A DNA stretch of 64,000 bases, taken from NCBI RefSeq assembly GCF_009834535.1, contig NC_045696.1, forward strand, positions 37,946,001 to 38,010,000. Direction: 5' to 3'. The stretch's first letter is position 1. Each line of letters opens with the position of its first letter. The position numbers and the translations under genes were made by a program. The notes below the pieces were generated by a model. It saw only the letters and a program-made list of their open reading frames with translations, had not been told where the DNA came from and did not search any database. Below are positions 12,376-23,640 of the stretch, piece by piece. Origin of the DNA: Camelus ferus (taxonomy: Eukaryota).

Positions 12376-15300
12376 GTATATTAAAATAGACTAATAATAC
12401 CAAAATGTCAATAATTAATGAAAACAGAAGAAAATCTAGGTCAATATACAAGTGACAAAAATATAGTGTATGCTAAAGACGAAATTTCATGTAAATCATT
12501 TTGAATATCTAGTTAACCATATATAAGATGGCAATTTGTAAATATTTTTATAAATTTGGGAAACAGCTTAGGTCCACAGAATAATATATCAAAATTATGG
12601 AATATTAAGACAATCAAACTACATTCATCCATGAGAAATGAAAATGTAATTAGATGCTTCTTGATAGAAAACAACTACTAAAAATCATTTAGTAACAAAA
12701 ACAGAACAGAATGCATTGTGATGCCAATAGTATGGCAACATAAAATCATGGGAAAAATCTGAGAGTTTATACAAAATGATAGGAGTGCTTAACATTGTGT
12801 GGTTGGATTTGGGGTGATGTTTCTTTTGTTTTTCTTATTGATATTTCCTGATTTATTTTTAATATAATGAATGACTGAGTCTTGGGTAATAAGTACATAG
12901 GGTGAACAGAAGAGTAAATATCCAATAGTTTTAATCTTGTCTCCTCAACCATGTGAATTCCAGTCAGTTGAAGATAGCATGTGGCAGCAAAAATTTGGAG
13001 ATTTTGGGGGGTAAATCTTGATGTACTTACTGAAAATCTTCACTGGACTCTGCTTTTGGAGGGGAGATTCATTTTAATTCATCACATTAATAGCTAATAC
13101 CTTAATGGGTGGAAACTTTTCCTTCATTTCCTCAAAGAGTAGTCATCAAATATGTTAATAAATGGAAAAATGGCTTTCATAAAGACAGATCAGCTACTCA
13201 ACCAGTAAGAGTTTTCTGAATACTTATTAGGTATTTATTACTTTATCAGTGATTTTCTGAAACCCAAGAGGAGGCATGCCCTGAGATTGCTGAAAATACC
13301 TGTGCTATACTTTTAAATGTTTGGCAGAATACAATGTGAATAGATACTAAAGGACTACTTCTCCCTTATGAGCATTCTGTTTTACAGGTAATGTGACCTT
13401 CAATGACTATTTTCCCCAAGTTGCACACTGGTGTGTATTAAATAATATAATTTCTGCCAATTGCTAAAATAATTTCTATGACTTTATGTGTGGCTTAGGA
13501 AAATGCATTATTCTGTAGAAGAACCATGTTGTTTAAGGGACATTTACTCATCTCCTTAGATAATTCCAGCTATGTTCTGAGAAGAAAGATAAGGTACCCA
13601 CTCAGCCAACCATATAACAGCAATAAAGGAAAAAAGCAAGTATTTATAAAAGTATATAATTACCTATTTAAACACAAATTGCTTTTTCAGTGTCACTACC
13701 CCACAGTCAGATGACATATGCTTTACAGACACGTACCAGAAAGTTCAATTGGTCTTCTTCTCCTTATGATTTTACACAACTTGACAAGGAATGAACAATC
13801 ATGGTGCGGCTCAGAGTCTATGCCTAAAGTGATCACTATTCTCAAAGCAAATAATGAGAAATATGTTCAGACAATGAACAGCATAATTGAAACTGAGGTA
13901 GCCACATCACTATATTTATGATGAAAATCCAAATCCAGTTAACCCAACATTATTTTCCAACTTCATTTAGTATATTTTCCAGTAGGGCTGGAAGTATTTT
14001 TAAAAATTTAAGTGAGAGGAAAGGATGCCCCCAAACCTCTCCTTTGTCTTTTATTCCTTTAAAAAATACAGTTAGTATGGAGTGCTTAAAATTACAATAT
14101 CTATTTTTGCCTTCAACATAGAAACTGTGCATCTGTGACTGTGTACTAGCTTGAGCTGTTATGAGATGGCTTGAGTCAGAACAGTTAAGGTAGATAAATA
14201 CACTTTTGTGTCAAGTATTACTTTCCTAGCAAGAGGCAAGGATATTCAGCAATTATGTGAGCCATAACCCTTCACAGTCAGAAACTATGATGATAAGCTT
14301 TCATATCCCGAGGGCTTGTCTCACTTGAGAAGAAGGTAGTGAGCAGACAGATCAAAATCAGAGTCCAGCTAATTAGGTGACAACCATTTGACTAATTAGG
14401 GATTGTATCTCGAGGGCAATGGATATAGAACTGGGAACAGGTGATTTTTCCTATTTAAAGCTAAATTTATCATTTGGGAAAAATATGTTCTCAAGATAAA
14501 CACAACTATAAAATTACAGTGTAGATGCAAGGATAATGATTAAGAAGTTTAGAGGCTTTTTAAATAGCAATGCTGACCATTGGAACATCTTTGAGTAGTA
14601 AGGAGTACATGGTACAAGTAGACAGGATATGGAACAAGAGGATTTTAAATCATAGCCTAATATAGTAAAGTCATGACAGAATAATGTAGTGGAAAGTTCA
14701 AGATCTAAAAGTTAAGAAACCAGGATACCATTATCCTAGGATGTGCTACCATTCATTCTGGAAATTTAGCCCAGAATTTGATTTTTTGAACATCAAATTC
14801 CTCCTCTACAGCATAAGATGGTGAGAGTAGATAAATTCATGATGTTTGAATTATTTTCTTTATGTATGCATGTTTTTCTCAATCAAATAAGAATATTTGC
14901 TCTGATTAAGCTAGTATAAAGTAAAATCAATTTTGAATTCTTTAGATAAAAGCACTTTAAAAGTTAGGTAATTGTAAGATACAGCTCAACAGTTAATTTA
15001 ATATAATACGACCTTTAAGGTTTATAGTATGGAAATACAGTGTGAGGAGATAATTAAGAAGACAGCCCTGCAAACAAGCATTTTTTGCACAAGGCCACCT
15101 GCAATGTTCCCTTAAAATTTTAAATTAATTATAGTCCCTGAAAATATCTTCTAAACAAAACTTACTTATCATATGCTTTTTTGTAAAAAGTAAAAATTAT
15201 CATAAGTGTAAAGATTATTATAAATTCTAGCTAATGAATTCTTACTATTATGTTTAAAGCTAAATTAATATTTTCAAATATAAGTTTCTGGGAAACACCT

Positions 15301-15402
15301 TCATTGTTATAAGAAGAATCTTAAATTTCTATGCATCAGATAAAAAAAAATAGAGGAAAGAGATAACCCATCACACTAGAGGAATATCTTAATGTCACAT
15401 AG

Positions 15403-16135
15403 CAGGGAGTTTAGCATCATCATTAAGGGTTCAGTCCCTGGAGTTAGACTGTTGGCTTAACCTTTAGCTCTAATATTTACTGCTAACTGATCTTAGATTA
15501 ATTATATAACCCTCTGTCTCAGTTTCTTCAGAATGACAGTAACACCATATAAATGTATTAGGTCACTAGGGCTACTGTAATCAAGTACTGTACACTGGGT
15601 GGTTTAGCACAATAGAAATTTATTGTCTTATAGTTCTAGAAGCTAGAAGACTGAAATCAAGGTATCAGCAGGGCTACGTTCCCTATATAGTCTCTAGGGA
15701 GTGATCTGCTGGGGCCCTCTCTGGTGGCATCTTGTAGTTCCTTGACTTGAGACAGCATAACTCCAGTCTGCACATGGCATTCTCCCTGTGTTCACGTATA
15801 TGTCTTCACATGATGTTTTGTTGTTCATTCGTTCCTTCACTTGTGTATTTGTTCTAATAAGGATATCAGTGATCATCAAATTAGGGACATATCCTACTCC
15901 ATAATGATCTCATCTAAACTTAACTAATTACATCTGCAATAACCTACTTTAAAATAAGGTCACATTCTGTAATACTGAGGACTAAATCTTCAACACATGA
16001 ATTTGGTAGGGGGTGTACAATTCAACCCATCACAAACTCATCAGGATGCTGTAATCACAAAGTGGTGATATGTATGTGTATATGTATATGTATGTTTAGG
16101 AGAACACTGGCATGTGGAAATGAGAGCACTCAGCC
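15403..16135 (+). mobile_element. MIR split by the MLT1C insertion
   Basis: The 5' half (CTGGAGTTAGACTG...CTCTGTCTCAGTTTC) precedes 15554, and a degenerate 3' half follows 16034. Confidence 0.55.
15554..16034 (-). mobile_element. MLT1C-like MaLR solo LTR
   Basis: TGTATTAG...AAATTTATTGTCT.A.AGTTCT.GA.GCTAGAAG...TAATTACATCTGCAA...AAATAAGGTCACATTCTG...ACAATTCAACCCATCACA. Confidence 0.9.
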
Positions 16136-16249
16136 ATGAAAAAAATATCAACAGGCCTGTAATTCCCTTAGAGAATCAAAAATCAAATTTTATGGAATCC
16201 AAGCAATGAAACGTAAGAAACATCTTTTCATTTCAATCTCTATGAAACT

Positions 16250-16640
16250 TCCCCTAATCTGTATCACCATTATTTTTTTTTTACCTACACTTTACCTCTT
16301 GTCTCCCTACTTTTATTTGCGTAGTTTCCTACATAAAAAGTAATGAGAGTAATATTTTAAAAACAGAAATCAAATCATGACCATTCCACTAAAACTCATG
16401 TAATGGTTTCTTGCCACATTAAGAAAAAAAATCAGCAGTTTCTGCCATGTTCTATAGGCCCTTTGTGAATGGTCCTTACATTACATCTCCAACTTCATCT
16501 CAGATTTTTACTAAAAGCACAGTGACTCCATCTCTGTGACTCAAGAACTCAGTTGCAACTTTGCTGGGAATATTTTTTACTCCAGTCTTCACATGGCTGA
16601 CTTTTCAACTCTCAGATTTTAGCTCAAACGCCCAACCTAA
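16250..16640 (+). mobile_element. L2 fragment
   Basis: L2a-type 3' region (AAATCAAATCATG...TAATGGTTTC...AGGCCCT..GTGA.TGGTCC...CTTCACATGGCTGAC). Confidence 0.65.
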
Positions 16641-16716
16641 TACACATTGTTCTTAGAGTCATAGTATCAGCAATAGACGGCATTTCCTGACAACTAATTA
16701 TATACTCTAGTAGCTC

Positions 16717-16827
16717 TACATGCTCTATTTTATTTATTTTTTTCTCCTTTTTCAGTTTTATGAGGTAGAATTATTACAGTTTGACTGCACATATGCATTA
16801 TATTGCATACATGCTCTATTTTATTTA
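16717..16827 (-). mobile_element. 71-bp retro-inserted fragment between perfect 20-bp target-site duplications
   Basis: TACATGCTCTATTTTATTTA at 16717-16736 and 16808-16827; the insert begins with a T-rich tract (A tail on the - strand). Confidence 0.75.
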
Positions 16828-19800
16828 AATCTCAGCACAACACTCTAGATTAGATCCTCTTAATTGTCATCAACTGAGACATCATTAGGTTACCCATTAA
16901 CCAGATTTTATGATATACCCCATACTCAAACCCAGCTTTTCTGAAGCAAATCTTATATTGTATTAACGACTGCTAGATACAAATTCCAAATTACAAAAAG
17001 AAAGTTCCTTGGTATTGCCTTATTGAACAAGACGCCAGAGATTCTGAAAAGCTAGTACAGAATGTGAAAGTCATGTAAGTTTATGGCCTTTAAGTGTAGG
17101 AGTAGATAATTTTACATACATCAGTAATTTTAAAGGCATTTTTATTTAAAAGAATGCAATAACATTCATAATTATATCCTTGAGCATCAAGAAAAAGTTT
17201 TCATTAGGAAATTCTTTCCATGAAGGCATAAAAGGCGCAATTCATTTTAGAAAAATGCCTACGTAAAATAATTGCTAAATTTGGTGCTTAAAGGGAAATG
17301 TTTCAGACACTTGATAGTTACTCCATTACTTGTTTTTAAAAAAGGAGTGAATAAGGTGTTTGCCAGTTTACCATCAAACTTTCTTTCTTAAATGTGTTTT
17401 CCTCTAAAATGAATCACTCAAGACAAAGCTAGGATGATGGCATCTTGAGAGAAATGTCAGGAAGAGGGAATTCAGACCCAGATTCGATATTTGTAACTGA
17501 AAGTGAAACAAGTTTGTTTTATTTTTTCTAAAAAGGCATTATAATGTAATTAACATTTGATTCTACTTATTGTTTATGAACGAACACACATCAAGATAGC
17601 AATTCGATCTGCAATATACAGAAAAGATGAATAACTAATCATAGTTAATACAGAAATAGAATATTAAAGTACTAATTAATACAAGTGTGTAGGAAACATA
17701 AAGAAGAACATATTCTTTGTTATGAGAAAAGAACTTATCTCAAGACTTTATTTTCCCAACACACTCTGCTTGAGTCCCAAGAGTCAGAACCAATTCCACA
17801 GTATGTAATTTTAACCACACCAAGAATTTTCAATATTTGTAGTTAGAATTATATTGATAAAACTTGTTAAACTTCTATAAACCTAGCTCCACAATTTCAT
17901 AAGAAGCTAGTAATATAAATATGGAAGGGTGCTTAGTATTTGTTTTTCTTCTAATAAACATATTAAATAATTTTATTTCAGAACTTTTTTTAATCCTTTA
18001 GAGTATTAATTATTAAATCATATTTTGCTTTGCAACATTTGCAAAGCAATGTCAAAATAGGGCTTTTTCTAAAGAATATAATTATTAGAATGGATGTTTG
18101 GCCTTACTGCAATTTCCTGGTAACTTCCTAGTAGAAATAATCATAGCCTACGTTTTACAGAAATATATATTTATTTCATTGTTACTGCTATTTGGCCATT
18201 GTTCGAAAAGCTACAAAGCTCATGTCTTGCCAGATAGGTGTTAACAATGTAAAGACAGATCTAAACCAATTCAGATTTCTATTGTTACTGGCACAGCTAA
18301 AATAGTAGTATCCTGGATTTTCTATTGAAGTAATAAGATTTTATGAGTATATTTATGACCAGAGATTTTACTGTCAATTTTGTTTTCTCTTGGTCGTTCT
18401 CAACAACCTTATTGCAATAGAATAGCAATGAACTTATTTAGATTAAAGTCATCAGGGAGTTGAAGTTCGTGACAATTTTACAGTCTTCTAAAATGGGAAT
18501 CCTTCCTTTTTACTGAAAACCCCCAAGGGCAAATCATGGAAAACAAATGTTATTTTGAAAACTATTTCTTTGATGGGATTTTAATAACAATGTTTGATGT
18601 CTGTTTGAAGGGAGTTCGTCAGCGTATGTACTCTGTGAAAATCAGAAGGGAAGGGCAGAAAAACAGCTTCCAGTTCCAGACAAGGTCATAGGGAATAAAA
18701 AGAATGAGATGGTGAAAATGGCAATATCAACATGGGAAATGAACAGTCTTTTCCTTAAAAGCACACAATACCATCATTACTGATCTAAGTAAGCAAGACG
18801 TAGGTTTTACAGTAAACTGAATTCTGAGATGTGCTATTTCTCAATAATTTCTTCTCCAGTGCTGGAATACTTATTAAAATTGGTACAGGAGATCTTAGTG
18901 AATAGTCTTACCTATGCTTTGCCAAATGAAATTTATCTATTTTTATATTTCCTTGCTTGGTGGGACCAGGGAAGTATAACTGAATAAAACTGATGCATAG
19001 CATCAAAGTTTTTATAGATAAATGACATTAAAAAATACTTTCTGAACTGGATGCTGCCAGTTGGAAAAGAAAAGAGTATTCAGGGTCTGTAGAATTGTCT
19101 AAATGAAACTTTTGCATGAAATAACCATGGACTAACTAGGTTTAAACATCTCAGTCAGCAGAATACTATTACCTCTCACAGATGTTCCAAAGAAGCTTAT
19201 CAAATAATTGTACATCTATTCAGAACTAAAGTGTAGCTCTATATATGTCTATATATGCCTGAAATTTAAGGAGGGGCATTTGCTTAAAATTACATTTAGT
19301 ACATTGTATAGTGAAAATTACAGTTCCTCTTCTAACTTACCAGTTGATGGGAAGATGAGCTCAATTAGAATGTAGTGGTTGTCAGGAGAGTAATTTATTA
19401 TGGAAGGTCCTCAGTGTGAGTATTATAGTCAGAGATACAAATTTTTAAAAAAATACTGTTGAGTGATGTTGGCCACCTTACACAAAAATCTACTTTAGTG
19501 AGTAAAAAAAAAATCACTCATAGTTTTCTGTCAGTGTCTTTGTTTTCAGTGTTTTGTTTAGATTAAAAAAAAAAAAAAGGAAAAGATCCAGCTTGTCAAC
19601 ATGCAATGTTATTTTCTGAGGCAAATCACTTAACCTTTTTAAACATAAACATACTTACAAAATGCAGAGGTTTTCTAGTTGAACTCCTATAGGTGTGTCA
19701 CTGACTCAGTGCTCAAATATAAATAAATCAGATTTTGTCCTTATGCTATTCACAGACTAGGGAATGGCAGAGATTTAAATTAACTGGAGGCCAGTATGTG

Positions 19801-20661
19801 GTCTAAGCTATAAAGTGTAGACAAAGAGTTGCAAGAGCAAAGAGGTATAATGATGTATAGAGGGTGACGCGAATACTTACAAATTACAAGAAGGATTGAT
19901 GACATTTTTGCTTCTAATGACAAATTTGATTGCAAATTAGTTACACATTTCAAAACCTATACAATGAAAATTTGAAACAGCTCTTTTCAGCAATGATTCT
20001 CTAAAATATACATACTAATATTCTAGATATGACCAGTATGAGATGTCTTTAGAGGCACAGCATATCTGTAATAGTACTATCTGTTGAAGACTTTGTTAGT
20101 TCTGCTTAGTCGATGTTTAATGATCAGGGAGAGTTAACTCATTATACAACTAGTCATTAAAATGACTTTATTATTATGGTAAATAATCTGTTTTATCAAA
20201 TATTTCCAGTTTTAAGAATATAAAAAATGTGTTTATAGTTCACAATAAAAATGCTATCAAAAAACAATGACAGTTAAATATGTTCTTCAATGGTGGGCAT
20301 GATTAGAACTTATAGAAAGGAAGTAAAATGTGATTGAAAAGAGAATTGTGAGGTACTGTTGGCAACAGTGTGGGTGAATATAGAAAACATGGATTTTGTA
20401 CTGGGCTAGTAGCTATCAAGGAATATATAAGTGAATCTTTGAATCTCTGAAATGATGCTTTCATAGAAATAATTTAATAAATTGTAATTAAACCAGAGTA
20501 TATATTGTAGCTATAATTTAAAATTATATCCCCCAAACACAAATACACAAACATATATCAACTATTGTATTTCAAGGCCTCATTGACTTAGGTACTTCTA
20601 ATGAGGGTTTTAAGTTTTTTCTCCCCAGCATCACCACCTCCCAAAACAAATTTAAAGGTAA

Positions 20662-20718
20662 ATAATAAGCATAGTGGGAGGTTTTAGTTTGATGCGGTGA
20701 AGACAGTGGAACATGTAA
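20662..20718 (+). pseudogene. Bornavirus glycoprotein-like C-terminal tail (EBLG-like remnant)
   Basis: Translates IISIVGGFSLMR*RQWNM* (hydrophobic run, basic cluster, Trp, stop; internal TGA readable as decayed CGA) vs recalled BoDV-1 G end SLPASFARRRRLGRWQE*. Confidence 0.5.
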
Positions 20719-20777
20719 ACACTGGATGCTCACAATAGAAGTATTGATTGAAAAATGACTTCAGTTTGGAAATATTG

Positions 20778-21245
20778 ATGGACCATCATCCAAACTACTA
20801 TATTGGTGATCCAATGTATGGTGTAAGAGGCACCTACTCTTTCCCTAGATGGAAAAATATTGCAAATTGGGCCTAAAATACCAAGGATCCTCATCAGAAT
20901 TACATTCTCAAGGCTAGGGGAGGCAAACATTCTGATCTCAGCTAATTATTTTATCTCTTCATCATCACTAGTGCCTCTCATGCCAAGTGTAGTTTTGAAA
21001 TAATCTTTGACGAAAGAATGAAAAGATTTCCATGAGGATAATTCCTGGGATTCAGCCTTGTGGAATATGGCCTCCTGCTCTTATCTATCCATATTGAGCA
21101 TGTTCTTGTGTAGGGATGATATATATTTGGCAAAAGAAGCTGCATAAGACGGTGAGACTCTAAACTCAGGCTCAAAGACAGAACAGGTATTGCAGTTGGT
21201 AAGGAGAGGCAAAGCACTAGGAAGGACAGGAGTTTTAGAAAATAA
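20778..21245 (+). pseudogene. Bornavirus matrix-protein-like pseudogene (EBLM-like), about full length
   Basis: ATG 20778 and TAA 21243-21245 are in frame (155 codons) with compensating internal frameshifts. Blocks vs recalled BoDV-1 M: MDHHPNY..VRGxPTLSLD vs MNSKHSY..VPGWPTLMLE; LIRITFSRLGE vs FLNIPFLSVKE; ASHAKCSFEIIFDE vs AGHSLVNIYFQIDD; LCRDDIYLAKEAA*D vs LNKDQSKHAINAAFN; LRLKDRTGI vs YRLRNIGV. Confidence 0.72.
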
Positions 21246-21260
21246 CCTCCAAAGCAGTAA

Positions 21261-21404
21261 AGACAGAATGTGATGATCTCCTTGCTGGAGGCCAGAGTCA
21301 AGGAAGCACTCTCCGGTTTCAGCCAAGCCCGGAGGACCTGCCAAAACTGCAGAATAGCACATGAACAAAAGTGCTTGGTGCCCTGCACATATTTATTCAG
21401 CAAA
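21261..21404 (+). pseudogene. Bornavirus L polymerase-like N-terminal fragment (EBLL-like)
   Basis: One open frame RQNVMISLLEARVKEALSGFSQARRTCQNCRIAHEQKCLVPCTYLFSK vs recalled BoDV-1 L [48 protein letters not shown]; MIS is one base per codon from KNP. Confidence 0.62.
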
Positions 21405-22173
21405 AATTAGAAAATAAAAATAGTGACTAGAAAAGAATTGTGTGCTTGTGCTACAATTTGGGGACTAGTCATAGCAAGTTAGATACAGAGAGACAAAACA
21501 CTTTTATAGTATACATGTCAGCAAGTGATGAATCCAGTTGGGTACCTATAAGTAAAATAATTCATACAAAAAACAGAGTAATTAAAATTTAGTACAATTA
21601 GAAAGTGATCCAGGACAAAGAAACAACTCTCTACTTCAAACCTCTACTTTAGGCCAAGCATTCTAGTGATTTGTCTCCATGCATACGTGTATTTATTACA
21701 TATGTATGGCTGTGTGTATGTACATACACATATGTAAATAAAAAAATAATAGACAACTGACAAGTGCAATAATCTTGTGACATATAAATACACACACACA
21801 CCCACCCACCCCTGTACTCATGGTAGCCATACTGCCAACATTGTTTTATTTTAAGATAAAAGCAACCAGAATACATATTAAAGTGGAAGCAGCTTTTTGC
21901 TCAGATTCTCACAACTCATAAAATACTGATTTTTCTCAGATCTCCTAACTCTGTTGTGTCTCTGTCATTGAGCAAATTTGTCTATTTTTGTGATTTGTAA
22001 CTGTCCGTGTGCTTTTTCTCTCTCCTAGAAAACTGTAAATTCCTCAGGCACCACTTAATCCTATTCACCTCCACATCCCATACACCTGTGCTTAATTAAT
22101 TCTTTGGGAAGCGTGGACCCTGGCCAATTCATTTTGTAGCCAACATTGGTCAAATACAAAAGGACTTCCCTAT

Positions 22174-22541
22174 TGTATTAGCTTTCTAGAGCCACCCCTA
22201 ACAGAGTACCACAAACTGATTGGCTTAAAACACAGAATTTCATTCTCTCTGGAAGCTAGATGTCCGAAATCAAGGTGTTAGCAAAGCCTTGCTCTTCCTG
22301 AAGGCTGTAAGGAAGACACCTCCTTACTTCTTCCAGCTTGTAGTGGCCCCAGGCATCCTTAGTTTCTGGCAACATAACTCCAATCTCTGTCTCCATCTTC
22401 ACATTGCCCTGTGTGTGTCTGGGTCCTTTCCTCTTCTTATAAGGACATCAGTCATTGGATTCAAGTCACTCTAAATCCAGGATGATCTAATCTCCAGGGT
22501 CTTAACTAATTACATCTATAAAGTCTCTATTTCCAAATAAG
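22174..22541 (-). mobile_element. MLT1B-like MaLR LTR, truncated at the EPHX1 retrocopy
   Basis: TGTATTAG...TACCACAAACTG..TGGCTTAAAAC...CTTATAAGGACA.CAGTCATTGGATT...CTATTTCCAAATAAG, then an abrupt end. Confidence 0.88.
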
Positions 22542-22554
22542 AGTTTCCAAATAA

Positions 22555-22865
22555 CTCCTCTCCTATTCCTACATGCCCTGTTGGGGACACTTTGCTGCCT
22601 TCAAGGAGCCGGAGCTGTTTGTCCAGAACATGCACAAGTTCATGTGGCTGGTAGAGCGGCAGTGATCCCAGTGGGGACAGACTATCACTTTACAGCTCCC
22701 TCCTGACTCTGCCCTTTGACCTTGAAGTCCCCAGTCTCCCGGCCCAGCTCCTAGTAGAAGTGGGGCCTGCAGGGAGGCTGCCTCCCACGTTCTGAGGTTT
22801 TGTGTGCACATGCATTTTCCAGGGATGCTATTGAACCCACTATACCCATAAATCAGACATTTCAT
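22555..22865 (+). pseudogene. EPHX1: 5'-truncated retrocopy of microsomal epoxide hydrolase (last ~36 codons + 3' UTR)
   Basis: 22555-22665 translates LLSYSYMPCWGHFAAFKEPELFVQNMHKFMWLVERQ* vs EPHX1 C-terminus LISYSYMVRGGHFAAFEEPELLAQDIRKFLSVLERQ*; GC-rich UTR-like tail with CATAAA near 22847. Confidence 0.92.
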
Positions 22866-22889
22866 AAGACAGTCAATAAGTGCATCTTC

Positions 22890-23170
22890 TCTTCATCCAA
22901 TAAATATTTATTGAGCTTACTATGAACTGGGTGAAGTAAATTGTCAGTGAACCAAACAGATAAATTCTCTGCTCTCAAGGTGCTGCTCACTTTTTATTGG
23001 GATGGGGGTGGGAAGAAGAGCAAATATAGATAGACAGATGATAGACAGGAGGATGGATACACATACATGGAAGTATACAAAAGAAATAGGTATAGAGATA
23101 GGAGTAGAGTTAGAAATAGAGGTGATCAGTGCACTGAAGAAAAATAGAGCAATTTAGGAAGAACGAACAT
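22890..23170 (-). mobile_element. L2 3' end
   Basis: TTCATCCAATAAATATTTATTGAGC.TACTATG...CAGTGAACCAAACAGA...CTGCTCTCAAGG. Confidence 0.75.
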
Positions 23171-23494
23171 TACATCATTAAAGTTCTACTTCTTTGATTT
23201 GTGTTAGCAAAGTCTATATATGCCTTTAAGTCACATTTTGAATAGGAGTCAGGCCTAAGTATAAGCTAGTAGCTTAAATAGCTCCTCAAAAGGAATTTTT
23301 CTCATTCTCAAGGACTTCTTTGTGCAATGAGTTATGGTAGATAGATGGTAGAATTATAATTTAACATGCTATTTTAATGGTCTTCCACGAAAACAAGATA
23401 ATAAAATTTTTAAAGAAATAGAATTCAAACAGAAAAGAGTCATTGACTAAGTGTAGTAGAGAAAAATTACAAGATTGCCTTTTAATAAGTATGT

Positions 23495-23640
23495 TGAGAT
23501 TTGGTTCTCTCACATAAAAATGGGGATAAAATGAATCCTTAAGTACATAGTTGTAAGGATTAAATGAGATAACGTGTATGTGGGTGGTAACTTAGTGCAT
23601 TATCTGGAACATGCTAGGTTTTAAACAAATGCTAGTAGAA
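23495..23640 (+). mobile_element. MIR fragment
   Basis: AAAATGGGGATAA...GTTGTAAGGATTAAATGAGATAA core. Confidence 0.8.

Larger units (their letters stand above)
20662..21420 (+). other. Candidate endogenous bornavirus-like element: G C-terminus + M + L N-terminus
   Basis: Three consecutive + strand segments align by eye, in order, to remembered BoDV-1 G tail, M and L N-terminus; A-rich 3' boundary; not a recognisable TE. No database search was run. Confidence 0.7.

Noticed and set aside
13718..14121. Two abutting 67-aa ORFs
   Set aside because: No family similarity; lengths are within chance expectation.
20691..20950. Alternative match to bornavirus N C-terminus (SFP..W..Y..G)
   Set aside because: It needs several ad hoc indels and does not explain the downstream sequence; the G-M-L reading fits the whole segment.
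20730..21368. Minus-strand frame of 213 codons with only two internal stops (track ORFs 21081..21368 and 20730..20930), with passing resemblance to gag or polymerase motifs
   Set aside because: It is in codon register with the + strand M/L-like frame, so it is best explained as the antisense shadow of that coding fossil; the motif matches I tried were mutually inconsistent.
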